A stretch of DNA of 64,000 nt. It comes from an uncultured Acidobacteriota bacterium (GTDB lineage: Bacteria > Acidobacteriota > Vicinamibacteria > Vicinamibacterales > CAVVIG01). Position numbers and translations under genes: made by a program. The stretch covers positions 2,172,419-2,236,418 of the forward strand of contig CAWIMX010000001.1 in the NCBI GenBank assembly GCA_963837345.1, given 5' to 3'. This document shows, in pieces, positions 19,938 through 28,703 of this stretch (positions are counted from its first letter, which is position 1; each line of letters begins with the position of its first letter). Under the pieces are notes generated by a model. The model was not told the origin of the DNA. It did no database searches and worked only from the letters and a program-made list of their open reading frames with translations.

Positions 19938-20990
19938 ATGTCCGATCTTGCGGATCTCGTCGCGTTGTCCCTGCTCCCATCGTCGTGGTGGCGACCCGCC
20001 GCCGAGCGGCTGCGCGCCGGCAATCCGCCGGGCACCGTGCTGGCGCGGTTGCTGGCGTCGCGGCGTCACGAGAAGGGGCTCGAACGCGTGCGGGCCGAGG
20101 CCGCTGCAGCCGTGGCCCGCGGCGCCGCGCGCGGGCTCCGGGCGGTCGAGTGGTCGGATGCCGCCTATCCGCCGGCGCTCGCCGCGATCGTCGATCCGCC
20201 GTTCGTGCTCTGGGTCGAGGGTCACGTCGAGACGCTGCACGGACCCGCCGTCGCGCTCGTCGGCTCACGCGCCGCGTCGTCCTATGCCGTGACGGTTGCC
20301 GAGCGCCTCGCGCGCGACCTCGCGGCGGCGGGCGTGGCCGTGGTGAGCGGCCTGGCGCGCGGCGTCGACGCGGCGGCGCATCGCGGGGCGCTCGAGGGCG
20401 ACGGCGTCACCGTGGCGGTGTGCGGGTCGGGCGCCGACGTGGTGTACCCGCGTGAGCACGCGGGGCTGGCGCGGGCGGTCGCGGAGGCCGGCGCGCTGGT
20501 GAGCGAGCTGGCGCCGGGCACGCCGCCGCAGCCGCACTTCTTCCCCCTGCGCAATCGGATCATCAGCGGGCTCTCGCGCGCCATCGTCGTGATCGAGGCG
20601 GGCGAGAAGAGCGGCTCGCTCATCACCGCGCGGATGGCGCTCGAACAGGGTCGCGACGTGCTGGCGGTGCCCGGGAGCGTGCTTGGCCCGCGAAACCGGG
20701 GCGCGCACGCCCTGCTGCGCGACGGGGCAAAGATTGTGGAGACTGCGGACGATATTCTCGACGAGCTCGGTGCAGCGCTCCCGGGGACGCACCGACCGCC
20801 GGGCCGGGCGGCCGACGACGCGCTGCTCGAGTGCCTGACGCCGGGCGAAGCGTGCGATCTGGACGCGATTGCGGCGCGATCGGGCCTCGACCCGGCGCGG
20901 CTGCTGCCGCGGCTGCTGGCGCTGGAGCTGGCAGGCGCGATCCGGCGGGCCGGCGGCGGGCGATTCGTGCGGGTTGACATCCCGTGTTAG
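19938..20990 (+). CDS. dprA: DNA-processing protein DprA (Smf)
   Basis: VALVGSRAASSYAV...VVSGLARGVDAAAHRGAL...TVAVCGSGADVVYPREH...FPLRNRIISGLS...VIEAGEKSGSLITA motifs. ATG at 19938. Confidence 0.9.
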   Translation: MSDLADLVALSLLPSSWWRPAAERLRAGNPPGTVLARLLASRRHEKGLERVRAEAAAAVARGAARGLRAVEWSDAAYPPALAAIVDPPFVLWVEGHVETLHGPAVALVGSRAASSYAVTVAERLARDLAAAGVAVVSGLARGVDAAAHRGALEGDGVTVAVCGSGADVVYPREHAGLARAVAEAGALVSELAPGTPPQPHFFPLRNRIISGLSRAIVVIEAGEKSGSLITARMALEQGRDVLAVPGSVLGPRNRGAHALLRDGAKIVETADDILDELGAALPGTHRPPGRAADDALLECLTPGEACDLDAIAARSGLDPARLLPRLLALELAGAIRRAGGGRFVRVDIPC

Positions 20991-21002
20991 GGTGAAAGAG
21001 AC

Positions 21003-23449
21003 ATGGCAAAAATGCTCGTGGTGGTCGAGTCGCCGGCAAAGGCGAAGACCATCAACAAGTATCTCGGCCGCGACTACAAGGTCGTGGCCTCGATGGGCCA
21101 CATCCGCGATCTGCCCAAGAGCAAGCTGGGCGTCGAGGTGGACAACGACTTCGCGGAAGAGTACGAGTCGATTCCCGCGCGCAAGAAGGTCATCAAGGAT
21201 CTGAAGGACGCCGCGAAGGACGCGACGGAAATCTATGTGGCGACCGACCCCGATCGCGAGGGCGAAGCCATCGGCTGGCACGTGGCGCGCGAGCTGGCGG
21301 GGAAGAAGCGCAAGATTCACCGCCTGATGTTCAACGAGATCACCAAGAAGGCGGTGCAGGAGGCGTTCAAACACCCGCGGGTGATCGACGAGAAGATGGT
21401 CGACGCGCAGCGCGCGCGGCGCGTGCTCGATCGGCTTGTCGGCTACAAGATCAGCCCGATCCTCTGGGACAAGGTCCGGCGCGGACTGAGCGCGGGTCGC
21501 GTGCAGTCGGTCGCGCTCCGGCTCGTCTCTGATCGCGAGGCGGAGATCGAGAAGTTCGTGCCCGAGGAGTACTGGCACGTCTTCGCGCGGCTTGCCGGCA
21601 GCCAGCCGCCCGAGTTCGACGCCAAGCTTCTCAAGAAGAGCGGCGAGGCGATCAAGGTCTCGAATCAGGAGCAATCGCAGGCCGTCGTCGCGGCTCTGGA
21701 GCACGCCGACTGGCGCGTCGCCTCCGTCCAGGTCAAGGAGCGCAAGCGGCACCCGGCGCCGCCGTTCATCACCAGCAAGCTTCAGCAGACCGCGCGCTAC
21801 CCGGTGAAGAAGACGATGATGCTCGCGCAGCAGCTCTACGAAGGCATCGAGCTGCCCGGCCTGGGCGTCGACGGGGCCGTGGGCCTCATCACCTACATGC
21901 GAACCGATTCGGTCCGCGTCGCGGGCGAGGCGTTGACGGCCGTGCGCGACCACATCTCGAAGACCTTCGGAGGGGAGTACCTGCCGGAGCAGCCGAACGC
22001 CTACAAATCGAAGGCCGACGCGCAGGACGCCCACGAGGCGATTCGCCCCACGTCGATGCAGTACGACCCGGAAACCGTGAAGCCGTACCTCACGCCCGAT
22101 CAGTACTCGCTCTACCGGCTCATCTGGAATCGCTTCCTGGCGTCGCAGATGACGCCCGCGACCTTCGACGAAACCACGGTGGACGTGTCCGCCACGCCGA
22201 GGGGCGGCGGCGACGACTTCCTGTTTCGCGTGAAGGGCACGGTCCCGAAGTTCGCCGGCTGGATGGCGGCGTACGGCATGACGCCGGGCGAGTCGTCCGA
22301 CAAGGACGCGGCCGACGACGACGAGGCGGCGTCGGGCGTCCTGCCCGCGCTTGCCGAGGGCGACCGGCTGGATTCTGAAAGCCCTGAGGCCCGAGCAGAA
22401 GTTCACGCAGCCGCCGCCGCGGTTCACGGAAGCGACGCTCGTCAAGGAGCTCGAGGAGAACGGCATCGGGCGGCCGAGCACCTATGCCTCCATCATCGGC
22501 GTGCTCCAGGATCGCAGCTACGTCAACAAGCTCGAGGGCAAGTTCAAGCCGACCGCGCTCGGCCGAATCATCACCGACCTGCTGACCAAGAGCTTCCACG
22601 ACATCCTCGACGTCGAGTACACGCGCAATCTCGAAGAGGATCTGGACAAGATCGAGCAGGGTTCGACGAACCGCGTCAAGACGCTGTCGGAGTTCTACAA
22701 GAAGTTCAAGAAGGATCTGACCCGCGCCGGCAAGGAGATGCAGAACCTCAAGGAGGGGATCAAGACCGACGAGATTCTGCGACCGCTGCGGGGCGCCGAT
22801 GGTGATCAAGGTGGGCAAGTTCGGCCCCTTCGTCGCGTGCAGTGCCTACCCGGAGTGCACGAACACCCGCGAGCTCGAGAAGAACGAGCCCGAGGGGGAG
22901 ACCGGCGAGGACGAAATCGAACCGTGCGAGAACTGCGGCCGGCCCATGGTCGTCAAGCGAGGCCGCTTCGGGCAGTTCCTCGCATGCTCCGGCTATCCCG
23001 AATGCAAGACCACGCGCAAGTTGATTGCCACCAAGCAGGGCGGCCTGCGCGCGGCCAAGCCGGATCAGGTGCTCGAGGAGCGGTGCCCGCGCTGCGGCAA
23101 CAACCTCGTGATCAAGCAGGGCCGGTTCGGCGAATTCACGGCGTGCACCAGCTATCCCACCTGCCGCTACATCAAGCACAAGACGACCGGCGTCAAGTGT
23201 CCCAAGGACGCCGACAAGGGCGGCGAGATCGTCGAACGCAAGTCCAAGCGCGGCAAGCTGTTCTTCGGCTGCTCCAACTATCCCGACTGCGACTTCGTCT
23301 CGTGGAACCGGCCCATCGCCGAGCCGTGCCCGAAGTGCGGCGCGCCGTTTCTGGTGGAGAAGATCACGAAGAAGCACGGGCGGCAGCTGCTCTGCCAGAA
23401 CGAGGAGTGCGACTACTCGCGCGCGGAAGAACTGGTCGAAGTGGGCTAG
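21003..23449 (+). CDS. topA: DNA topoisomerase I, reading frame interrupted twice (near 22370 and 22775)
   Basis: Toprim start MAKMLVVVESPAKAKTINKYLG. The protein continues in three track ORFs (21003.., 22351.., 22799..). The joins are LPALAEGDRL/ILKALRPEQKFTQPPPRFTEA and KTDEI/CDRCGAPMVIKVGKFGPF. The C-terminal zinc ribbons are intact. Confidence 0.9.
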
Positions 23450-23496
23450 CGAAGAGGCCTCGAACACTTCGAGGAACCCCCGAGCACCTTGTCGAT

Positions 23497-24882
23497 ATGA
23501 TCACCATCGTCGGCGGCGGACTCGCCGGCTCCGAGGCGGCGTGGCAGGCCGTCGGGCAGGGCGTGCCCGTGCAGCTGTACGAGATGCGCCCGACCCGCCC
23601 GACCCCCGTCCACAAGACCGGCGGTCTCGCCGAACTGGTGTGCAGCAATTCGTTTCGCGGCGACAAGCTCGACAATGCCGTCGGTCTGCTCAAGGAGGAG
23701 ATGCGCCGGCTCGGGTCGCTCGTGATGCGGGCCGCGGAAGCCAGCCGCGTGCCGGCAGGCGCGGCGTTGGCCGTCGATCGCGAGCGATTTTCCGCCCTCG
23801 TCTCCGATGAGCTGACGCGGCACCCGCTCGTGACGATTCTTCGCGACGAAGTGACGGCCGTGCCGCCCTCGTCCGAGGCCCGGCCGGTCATCCTGGCGAC
23901 CGGTCCGCTGACGTCCGACGCGCTGGCCGCGGACATTGCCCGACTGATCGGGCAGGAGGCGCTCTATTTCTACGACGCGATCAGCCCGATCGTGCTCGCC
24001 GAGAGCATCGATCGCTCGAGAGCCTTTCGCGCCTCACGCTGGAATCGCCACCTGGGGCCGCCGCCTCCGGCCGTCGGCGCGGGTCCCGCCTGCGGCCAGG
24101 ACGACGGGGAAGGCGACTATCTGAACTGTCCGTTCACCACGGACGAGTATGCCCGCTTCTACGACGCGCTCACGCACGCCGAATCGGCAACCATCCACGA
24201 TTTCGACAAGGAGCGCTTCTTCGAGGGGTGCCTCCCGATCGAAGTGATGGCCCATCGCGGCCCCGACACGCTCCGCTTCGGCCCGATGAAACCGGTGGGC
24301 CTGACCGATCCGCGCACCGGACGGCAGCCCTACGCGGTCGTCCAGCTCCGTCAGGATACGCTCGCCGGCGATCACTACAGCCTCGTCGGATTCCAGACGC
24401 AGCTGAAATGGGGGGAGCAGGCCCGCGTGCTCCGGCTCGTGCCGGGGCTCGAGCACGCCGAATTCGTCCGTTTCGGCATGGTGCACCGCAATACGTACGT
24501 CAACGGGCCGCTCGTGGTACGCGACACCTGGCAGTCGCTGCGGCGCCCCACACTCTTTTTCGCGGGACAGATGTCGGGCGTCGAGGGCTACGTCGAATCC
24601 GCGGCATCGGGGCTGATTGCGGGCTTGAATGCGGCGGCGATGGTCCGCGGCCACTCGCCGTCCGCGCCACCGAGGTCGACCGCCGTCGGCGCGCTGGCAC
24701 ACTACGTGTCGCACGCGAACCCCGCGCACTACGAGCCGTCGAACATCACCTTCGGCATCATGGAGCCGCTGGCCGGCTCGGCCCGGGGCCGGGCCGCACG
24801 GAAGCTCGCCCTGGCCGAGCGGGCGCTGGCGGATCTGGATCGCTGGAACGCGGATCGTCAACGACTGGCTCCCGTACCGTGA
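23497..24882 (+). CDS. trmFO: Methylenetetrahydrofolate--tRNA-(uracil-5-)-methyltransferase
   Basis: MITIVGGGLAGSEAAWQ...ELVCSNSFR...FFAGQMSGVEGYVESAASG. ATG 23497 is in frame with track ORF 22351..24882. Confidence 0.93.
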   Translation: MITIVGGGLAGSEAAWQAVGQGVPVQLYEMRPTRPTPVHKTGGLAELVCSNSFRGDKLDNAVGLLKEEMRRLGSLVMRAAEASRVPAGAALAVDRERFSALVSDELTRHPLVTILRDEVTAVPPSSEARPVILATGPLTSDALAADIARLIGQEALYFYDAISPIVLAESIDRSRAFRASRWNRHLGPPPPAVGAGPACGQDDGEGDYLNCPFTTDEYARFYDALTHAESATIHDFDKERFFEGCLPIEVMAHRGPDTLRFGPMKPVGLTDPRTGRQPYAVVQLRQDTLAGDHYSLVGFQTQLKWGEQARVLRLVPGLEHAEFVRFGMVHRNTYVNGPLVVRDTWQSLRRPTLFFAGQMSGVEGYVESAASGLIAGLNAAAMVRGHSPSAPPRSTAVGALAHYVSHANPAHYEPSNITFGIMEPLAGSARGRAARKLALAERALADLDRWNADRQRLAPVP

Positions 24883-25835
24883 GCCCCTCCAGTCCGTCGG
24901 ATCATCTGAAGGCGTTCCTGGCCTACCTCCGGCTGAACCGCAACGCCTCGGCCCACACGGTGCGGGCCTACGAGAGCGACCTGGCGCAGTTCCTGGACCA
25001 TGTGGCGGCGACCTCCGGCGTCAGGCGTTCGGCGTTGGGCGTGGAGGCGCTGACGCGCGACGCGATTCGCGCCTTCCTCGGCGGCCTGCATGCCGGAGGT
25101 CGATCCCGGGCGACGGCGGCCCGCAAGCTCGCGGCGCTTCGCACGTTCTTGAAATATCTGCGCCGCGAAGGATGGCTCGAGGACGATCCGGGCGGTCTGG
25201 TCGCCACACCGAAGCGCGACGTGCGGATGCCGGCGCATCTGTCGGAAGCGGAGATGACGGCGCTCATCGAGGCGGCGTCGAGCCCGACGCCGCTCGGCCG
25301 GCGCGACCGCGCGATCCTCGAGCTGGTCTATGCGTCGGGCCTGCGCGTGAGCGAGCTCGTGGGGCTGGATCTCGAGGACGTGAACCTGCGGGCCCGCATG
25401 GTGCGGGTGCTCGGCAAGGGGGGCAAGCCCCGCCTCGTGCCGTTCAACACGTCTGCGGCCTCGGCGCTCCGCGCGTACCTGACGGATCGGGACCTGCTGG
25501 CGGCCGCGGGGCAGGCGGCGCGGCCCGCCCGTGGCCACGGACGGCGCGATCCCGTATTTCTCAACTATCGCGGCGGGCGGCTCACCACGCGCAGCGTCGA
25601 CCGGGTGGTGCGCCGCTACGTCGCAGCGTCGAGCGCGCGTCTCGGCATCAGTCCCCACGCCCTGCGGCATTCGTTTGCCACGCACCTCCTGCAGCGGGGC
25701 GCCGACCTGCGCGCCATTCAGGAGCTACTCGGGCACGCCCGGCTCAGCACCACCGAGCGCTACACGCATGTGAACGCGGCACAGCTCCTCGAGGTCTACA
25801 AGCGGAGCCATCCGAGAGCCAGGCAGGGCGGATAG
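24879..25835 (+). CDS. xerC: Tyrosine site-specific recombinase XerC/XerD family
   Basis: LAYLRLNRNASAHTVRAYESDL..., RDRAILELVYASGLRVSEL, HALRHSFATHLL, LLGHARLSTTERYTHV (R-H-R-Y catalytic set). The GTG overlaps the trmFO stop (GTGA). Confidence 0.9.
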   Translation: MSPSSPSDHLKAFLAYLRLNRNASAHTVRAYESDLAQFLDHVAATSGVRRSALGVEALTRDAIRAFLGGLHAGGRSRATAARKLAALRTFLKYLRREGWLEDDPGGLVATPKRDVRMPAHLSEAEMTALIEAASSPTPLGRRDRAILELVYASGLRVSELVGLDLEDVNLRARMVRVLGKGGKPRLVPFNTSAASALRAYLTDRDLLAAAGQAARPARGHGRRDPVFLNYRGGRLTTRSVDRVVRRYVAASSARLGISPHALRHSFATHLLQRGADLRAIQELLGHARLSTTERYTHVNAAQLLEVYKRSHPRARQGG

Positions 25836-25840
25836 GTCAG

Positions 25841-25871
25841 GTCGGTCGGGTGGGTCGGGTCGGTCGGGTGG
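25841..25871 (+). repeat. G-tract direct repeat (GTCGGTCGGGTGG x2, 18-bp period) containing a G3-N1-G3-N2-G3-N6-G3 motif
   Basis: Sequence read directly, 6 nt downstream of the xerC stop. GGG runs at 25848-50, 25852-54, 25857-59 and 25866-68. Confidence 0.5.
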
Positions 25872-25948
25872 AGCACGTGCGATCAGGCTGCAACGTGGCC
25901 CTCTCCTCCGTTGATTGCCAAATCAGATTCAATCAGATATGTGAGGAT

Positions 25949-26030
25949 ATGAAGACACTCTCGGCCACCGACGTGTTGCGACACCTCAGCGCCGTACTCA
26001 ACGCCGTACTCAACAATGATGGGCGGGCCC
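25949..26030 (+). pseudogene. Possible remnant of a Phd/YefM-type antitoxin N-terminus
   Basis: A GAGGA RBS then ATG 25949. MKTLSATDVLRHLSAVLNAVLNNDG resembles Phd/YefM N-termini, after which the sequence degenerates. It contains a 12-bp tandem duplication (CGCCGTACTCAA x2). The local region is AT-richer. Confidence 0.3.
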
Positions 26031-26096
26031 GGATTGCCGCTGCAATCCGGGCTTCGTCCCGTCGGTCAACAAATGACCGCCTGTCCGTCGGCTCTG

Positions 26097-27225
26097 TTAT
26101 TGGTGATCGGTCCCGGCGGCGCGCCGCGCGTATGCCTTGGCGTCGCCCACGGCAAACTGGTTGTTCCCCTCGACGAGCTCCCCGTTTCGGAAGCCGAGGT
26201 AGAGCACCTTTTCCGTGTGTGGAATGATCCGCCCGAACTCATCCTTCAGCTGCGCGATTTCCTTGTGCGTTGCCACGTCGATGACGACGCTATCGCCGAG
26301 GAATGCCAGTTTCCCATCGTTGCTCATCGTAATCCAGCTGTGCTGAACACCAGTCGATACCCTCACCATCTTGGAGGGATTGAGGACGGGGTGGCGGCCA
26401 TCGCCCGGGTTGTCGAAGACCTGCCACACGTCGTTGTGCGGATCGGCGACCCAGATTTCGCTTTCGTCCGGCGTCATGCCAAGGCCGTGGCTGGTTTCTG
26501 CCGGGGTACCGGGTACCGGAAAGCGCCCGAGCACCTTGCCCGTTGCGACCTGGCCAATCTCGAACCCGATGAGACCGTTGACGTTGACATAGACTAGTGG
26601 AGCGTATCGGCTGAATCAGTACCAGGGCAATGAACCACAGAGGCTCAGAGACTCAGAGACTCGCGAGGTCGTCGCCGGCCTGCTGTGCAGGCCGGCCGCG
26701 AGGCCGAGCGATCCGGACACCCAAGGCGGCAGGCCCGGGAAACGCGCCTTGCGTGTCCGGATCGGTCGTCCTCGCAGGCGCCGCGGAGGCGGCGCCGACG
26801 ACCGGCAGCTCTCGGGTCTCCGTGTCTCCGTGTCTCTGTGGTTGATCTCGAATTCGCGGTTCGTCGAAGCGGTAGTACTTCAGCGGGTACGGGCCACTAG
26901 GCTTCCGTCGTGGTTCATCGTCAGGGGGCGCACCATCTCCGAGAAGGTCATATAACGCAGGACCTTCGAGCCCATGAGACCGATCTTCCCATCGGCGGTC
27001 AGCGTCAGATTATGAGCGACCGGCGCTTCGGGCACCGGGAGCTTGCTCAAGACTTTGCCGGTGGCGCCGTCGATGTTCTTCGGGGCGGGCATCAGCGCCG
27101 CCGGCAGCCCATACGAAATGCGTTTCACAAAGCTGAAGTTCTCTTCGACGACGCGTGTGCAGAACCCTGTGCCGCCGCGATCGCGCATACACGGCAAGCA
27201 GCAGGGCGGCACGTGCGGCCGTCAC
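26097..27225 (-). pseudogene. YVTN/YncE-like beta-propeller protein gene, split by MITE copy B
   Basis: Track ORFs 26880..27212 and 26097..26534 share the same codon phase. Removing 26598..26900 joins ...MNHDGS-L-VYVNVNGLIGFEIGQVATGKVLGRFPVPG... in frame. Blade-like motifs: LTADGK, MNHDGSLVYV, MTPDESEIWVAD, MSNDGKLAFLGD. The N-terminus is uncertain, with a possible extra frame break near 27180. Confidence 0.75.
26594..26900 (+). mobile_element. MITE-like non-autonomous element, copy B (299 bp, 26598..26896) plus flanking CTAG at both ends
   Basis: Same termini and core as copy A, in the opposite orientation. CTAG at 26594-26597 and 26897-26900. Element plus one CTAG is 303 bp, and excision restores the host ORF. 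Confidence 0.85.
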
Positions 27226-27259
27226 TTGCCAGTCCGAGCTTCAATGTCGCGCCGCGACG

Positions 27260-28678
27260 CTATGACGGGGCGACGGGCGCGCCAGACTGGACGGCCGGCG
27301 TGGCGCTGCGGCGGCGCGGGAACTCGATCCCGAGCGTCTTGATCTTGTAGTTCATCACGCGGGGGCTGATCGACAGCAGCTCGGCGGCGTCTTTCTGCAC
27401 CCAGTTCGACATCTTGAGGGCTTCGATGAGCGCATGGCGCTCGATATCGTCGAGCGCGATGCCGGTCGGCGGGATCTTGACGACGGCGGCTTCACGGCTC
27501 CCGCCGGTGGTCGCCGTCTCGCCGAGGTGCAGGTCGGTCGGAGCGATCGCGCGGCCGTCGGCGAGCAGCATCGCGCGCTCGATGGTGTTTTCGAGCTCGC
27601 GGATGTTGCCGGGCCAGTTGTACCGCATGAGCAGCTTCTGGGCGTCGGGCTCGAGCCCCTCGATGCGCTTCTTCAGCTCGCCGGCGAACCGGGCGATGAA
27701 CGTGTTGGCGAGCGGCACGATGTCGTCCTTGCGCTCGCGGAGCGGCGGGACCTCGATGGACACCACGTTCAGCCGGTAGTAGAGGTCTTCGCGGAACTGG
27801 CCGGCCGTGACCATGGCCGGAAGGTCGCGGTTGGTGGCGGCGATGAGACGCACGTCGACACGCAGGGTCCGCGTGCCGCCGAGCCGCTCGAATTCGTGCT
27901 CCTGGAGCACGCGGAGGATCTTCGCCTGCGTGCTCGGGCTCATGTCGCCAATCTCGTCGAGGAACAGCGTGCCGCCGTCGGCCTGCTCGAAGCGCCCGAT
28001 GCGCTGCTTGTCCGCACCGGTGAACGCGCCTTTTTCGTGGCCGAACAGCTCCGACTCGAGCAGATTCTCCTGCAGGGCCGCGCAGTTCACTTTGACGAAA
28101 TTGCGCGCGCTGCGCAGAGAGTTGTGGTGAATCGCGCCCGCGATGAGCTCCTTGCCCGTGCCGGTCTCCCCGTGGATCAGCACCGTCGTATTGCTCTTCG
28201 CGACCTTCTTCACCACGTCGAGCACGCGCCTGAGCGCGTCGCTCGACCCGACGATGCGATCGAAATCGTAGATGTCGAGCTGCGTATGGCGGAGGTACTC
28301 GAGCTCGTGGCGCATCCGCCGCACCTCGAGCGCCTTCTCGATCTTGACCTCCATCTCTTCGATCTCGAACGGCTTCTGGACGTAGTCGAACGCGCCGATC
28401 TTCATGGCTTCGACCGCCGTGTTCACCGACCCGAACGCGGTCATCAGAATGACCGCGGTCGTCGGATAGAGTGCGCGGGTGGTCCGCAGCACGTCGAGTC
28501 CGTCGCTGCCGCCCATCTTGAGGTCGCTCAGGACCACATCGAAGTACCCTTCGTGCAGCTTCTCGATGGCGGCGTTGCCGTTCGAGGCTTCCTCCACCTC
28601 GTGGCCCACTTCCGTGAGTCCGCGGGCCAGGCCGCGCCTGAGCGCATCATGATCGTCGGCGATGAGAATCCGTCCCAT
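27260..28678 (-). CDS. Sigma-54-dependent response regulator (NtrC family: REC-AAA+-HTH)
   Basis: REC domain (ILIADDH...[11 protein letters not shown]), AAA+ domain ([39 protein letters not shown]-like) and a Fis-type HTH at the C-terminus. ATG 28678 is preceded by GGGAGA. Confidence 0.93.
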   Translation of the reverse strand: MGRILIADDHDALRRGLARGLTEVGHEVEEASNGNAAIEKLHEGYFDVVLSDLKMGGSDGLDVLRTTRALYPTTAVILMTAFGSVNTAVEAMKIGAFDYVQKPFEIEEMEVKIEKALEVRRMRHELEYLRHTQLDIYDFDRIVGSSDALRRVLDVVKKVAKSNTTVLIHGETGTGKELIAGAIHHNSLRSARNFVKVNCAALQENLLESELFGHEKGAFTGADKQRIGRFEQADGGTLFLDEIGDMSPSTQAKILRVLQEHEFERLGGTRTLRVDVRLIAATNRDLPAMVTAGQFREDLYYRLNVVSIEVPPLRERKDDIVPLANTFIARFAGELKKRIEGLEPDAQKLLMRYNWPGNIRELENTIERAMLLADGRAIAPTDLHLGETATTGGSREAAVVKIPPTGIALDDIERHALIEALKMSNWVQKDAAELLSISPRVMNYKIKTLGIEFPRRRSATPAVQSGAPVAPS

Positions 28679-28703
28679 AGGCGTGCTGTCTCCCTGCATA
28701 CCG

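Noticed and set aside
22370-22776. Programmed +1 frameshifting or genuine pseudogenisation of topA (and likewise nadD, tal and accC)
   Set aside because: Ten similar single-base breaks are spread over unrelated genes. Several lie in short homopolymers, and none has slippery-site or stimulatory-structure features. Essential genes would be hit twice. Sequencing or assembly error is far more parsimonious, although read-level data are needed to prove it.
24879-25835. The tyrosine recombinase as a prophage or integrative-element integrase marking an island boundary
   Set aside because: It is translationally coupled to trmFO in the common topA-trmFO-xerC arrangement and has XerC/D-type motifs. There is no adjacent tRNA, att-like repeat or phage gene.
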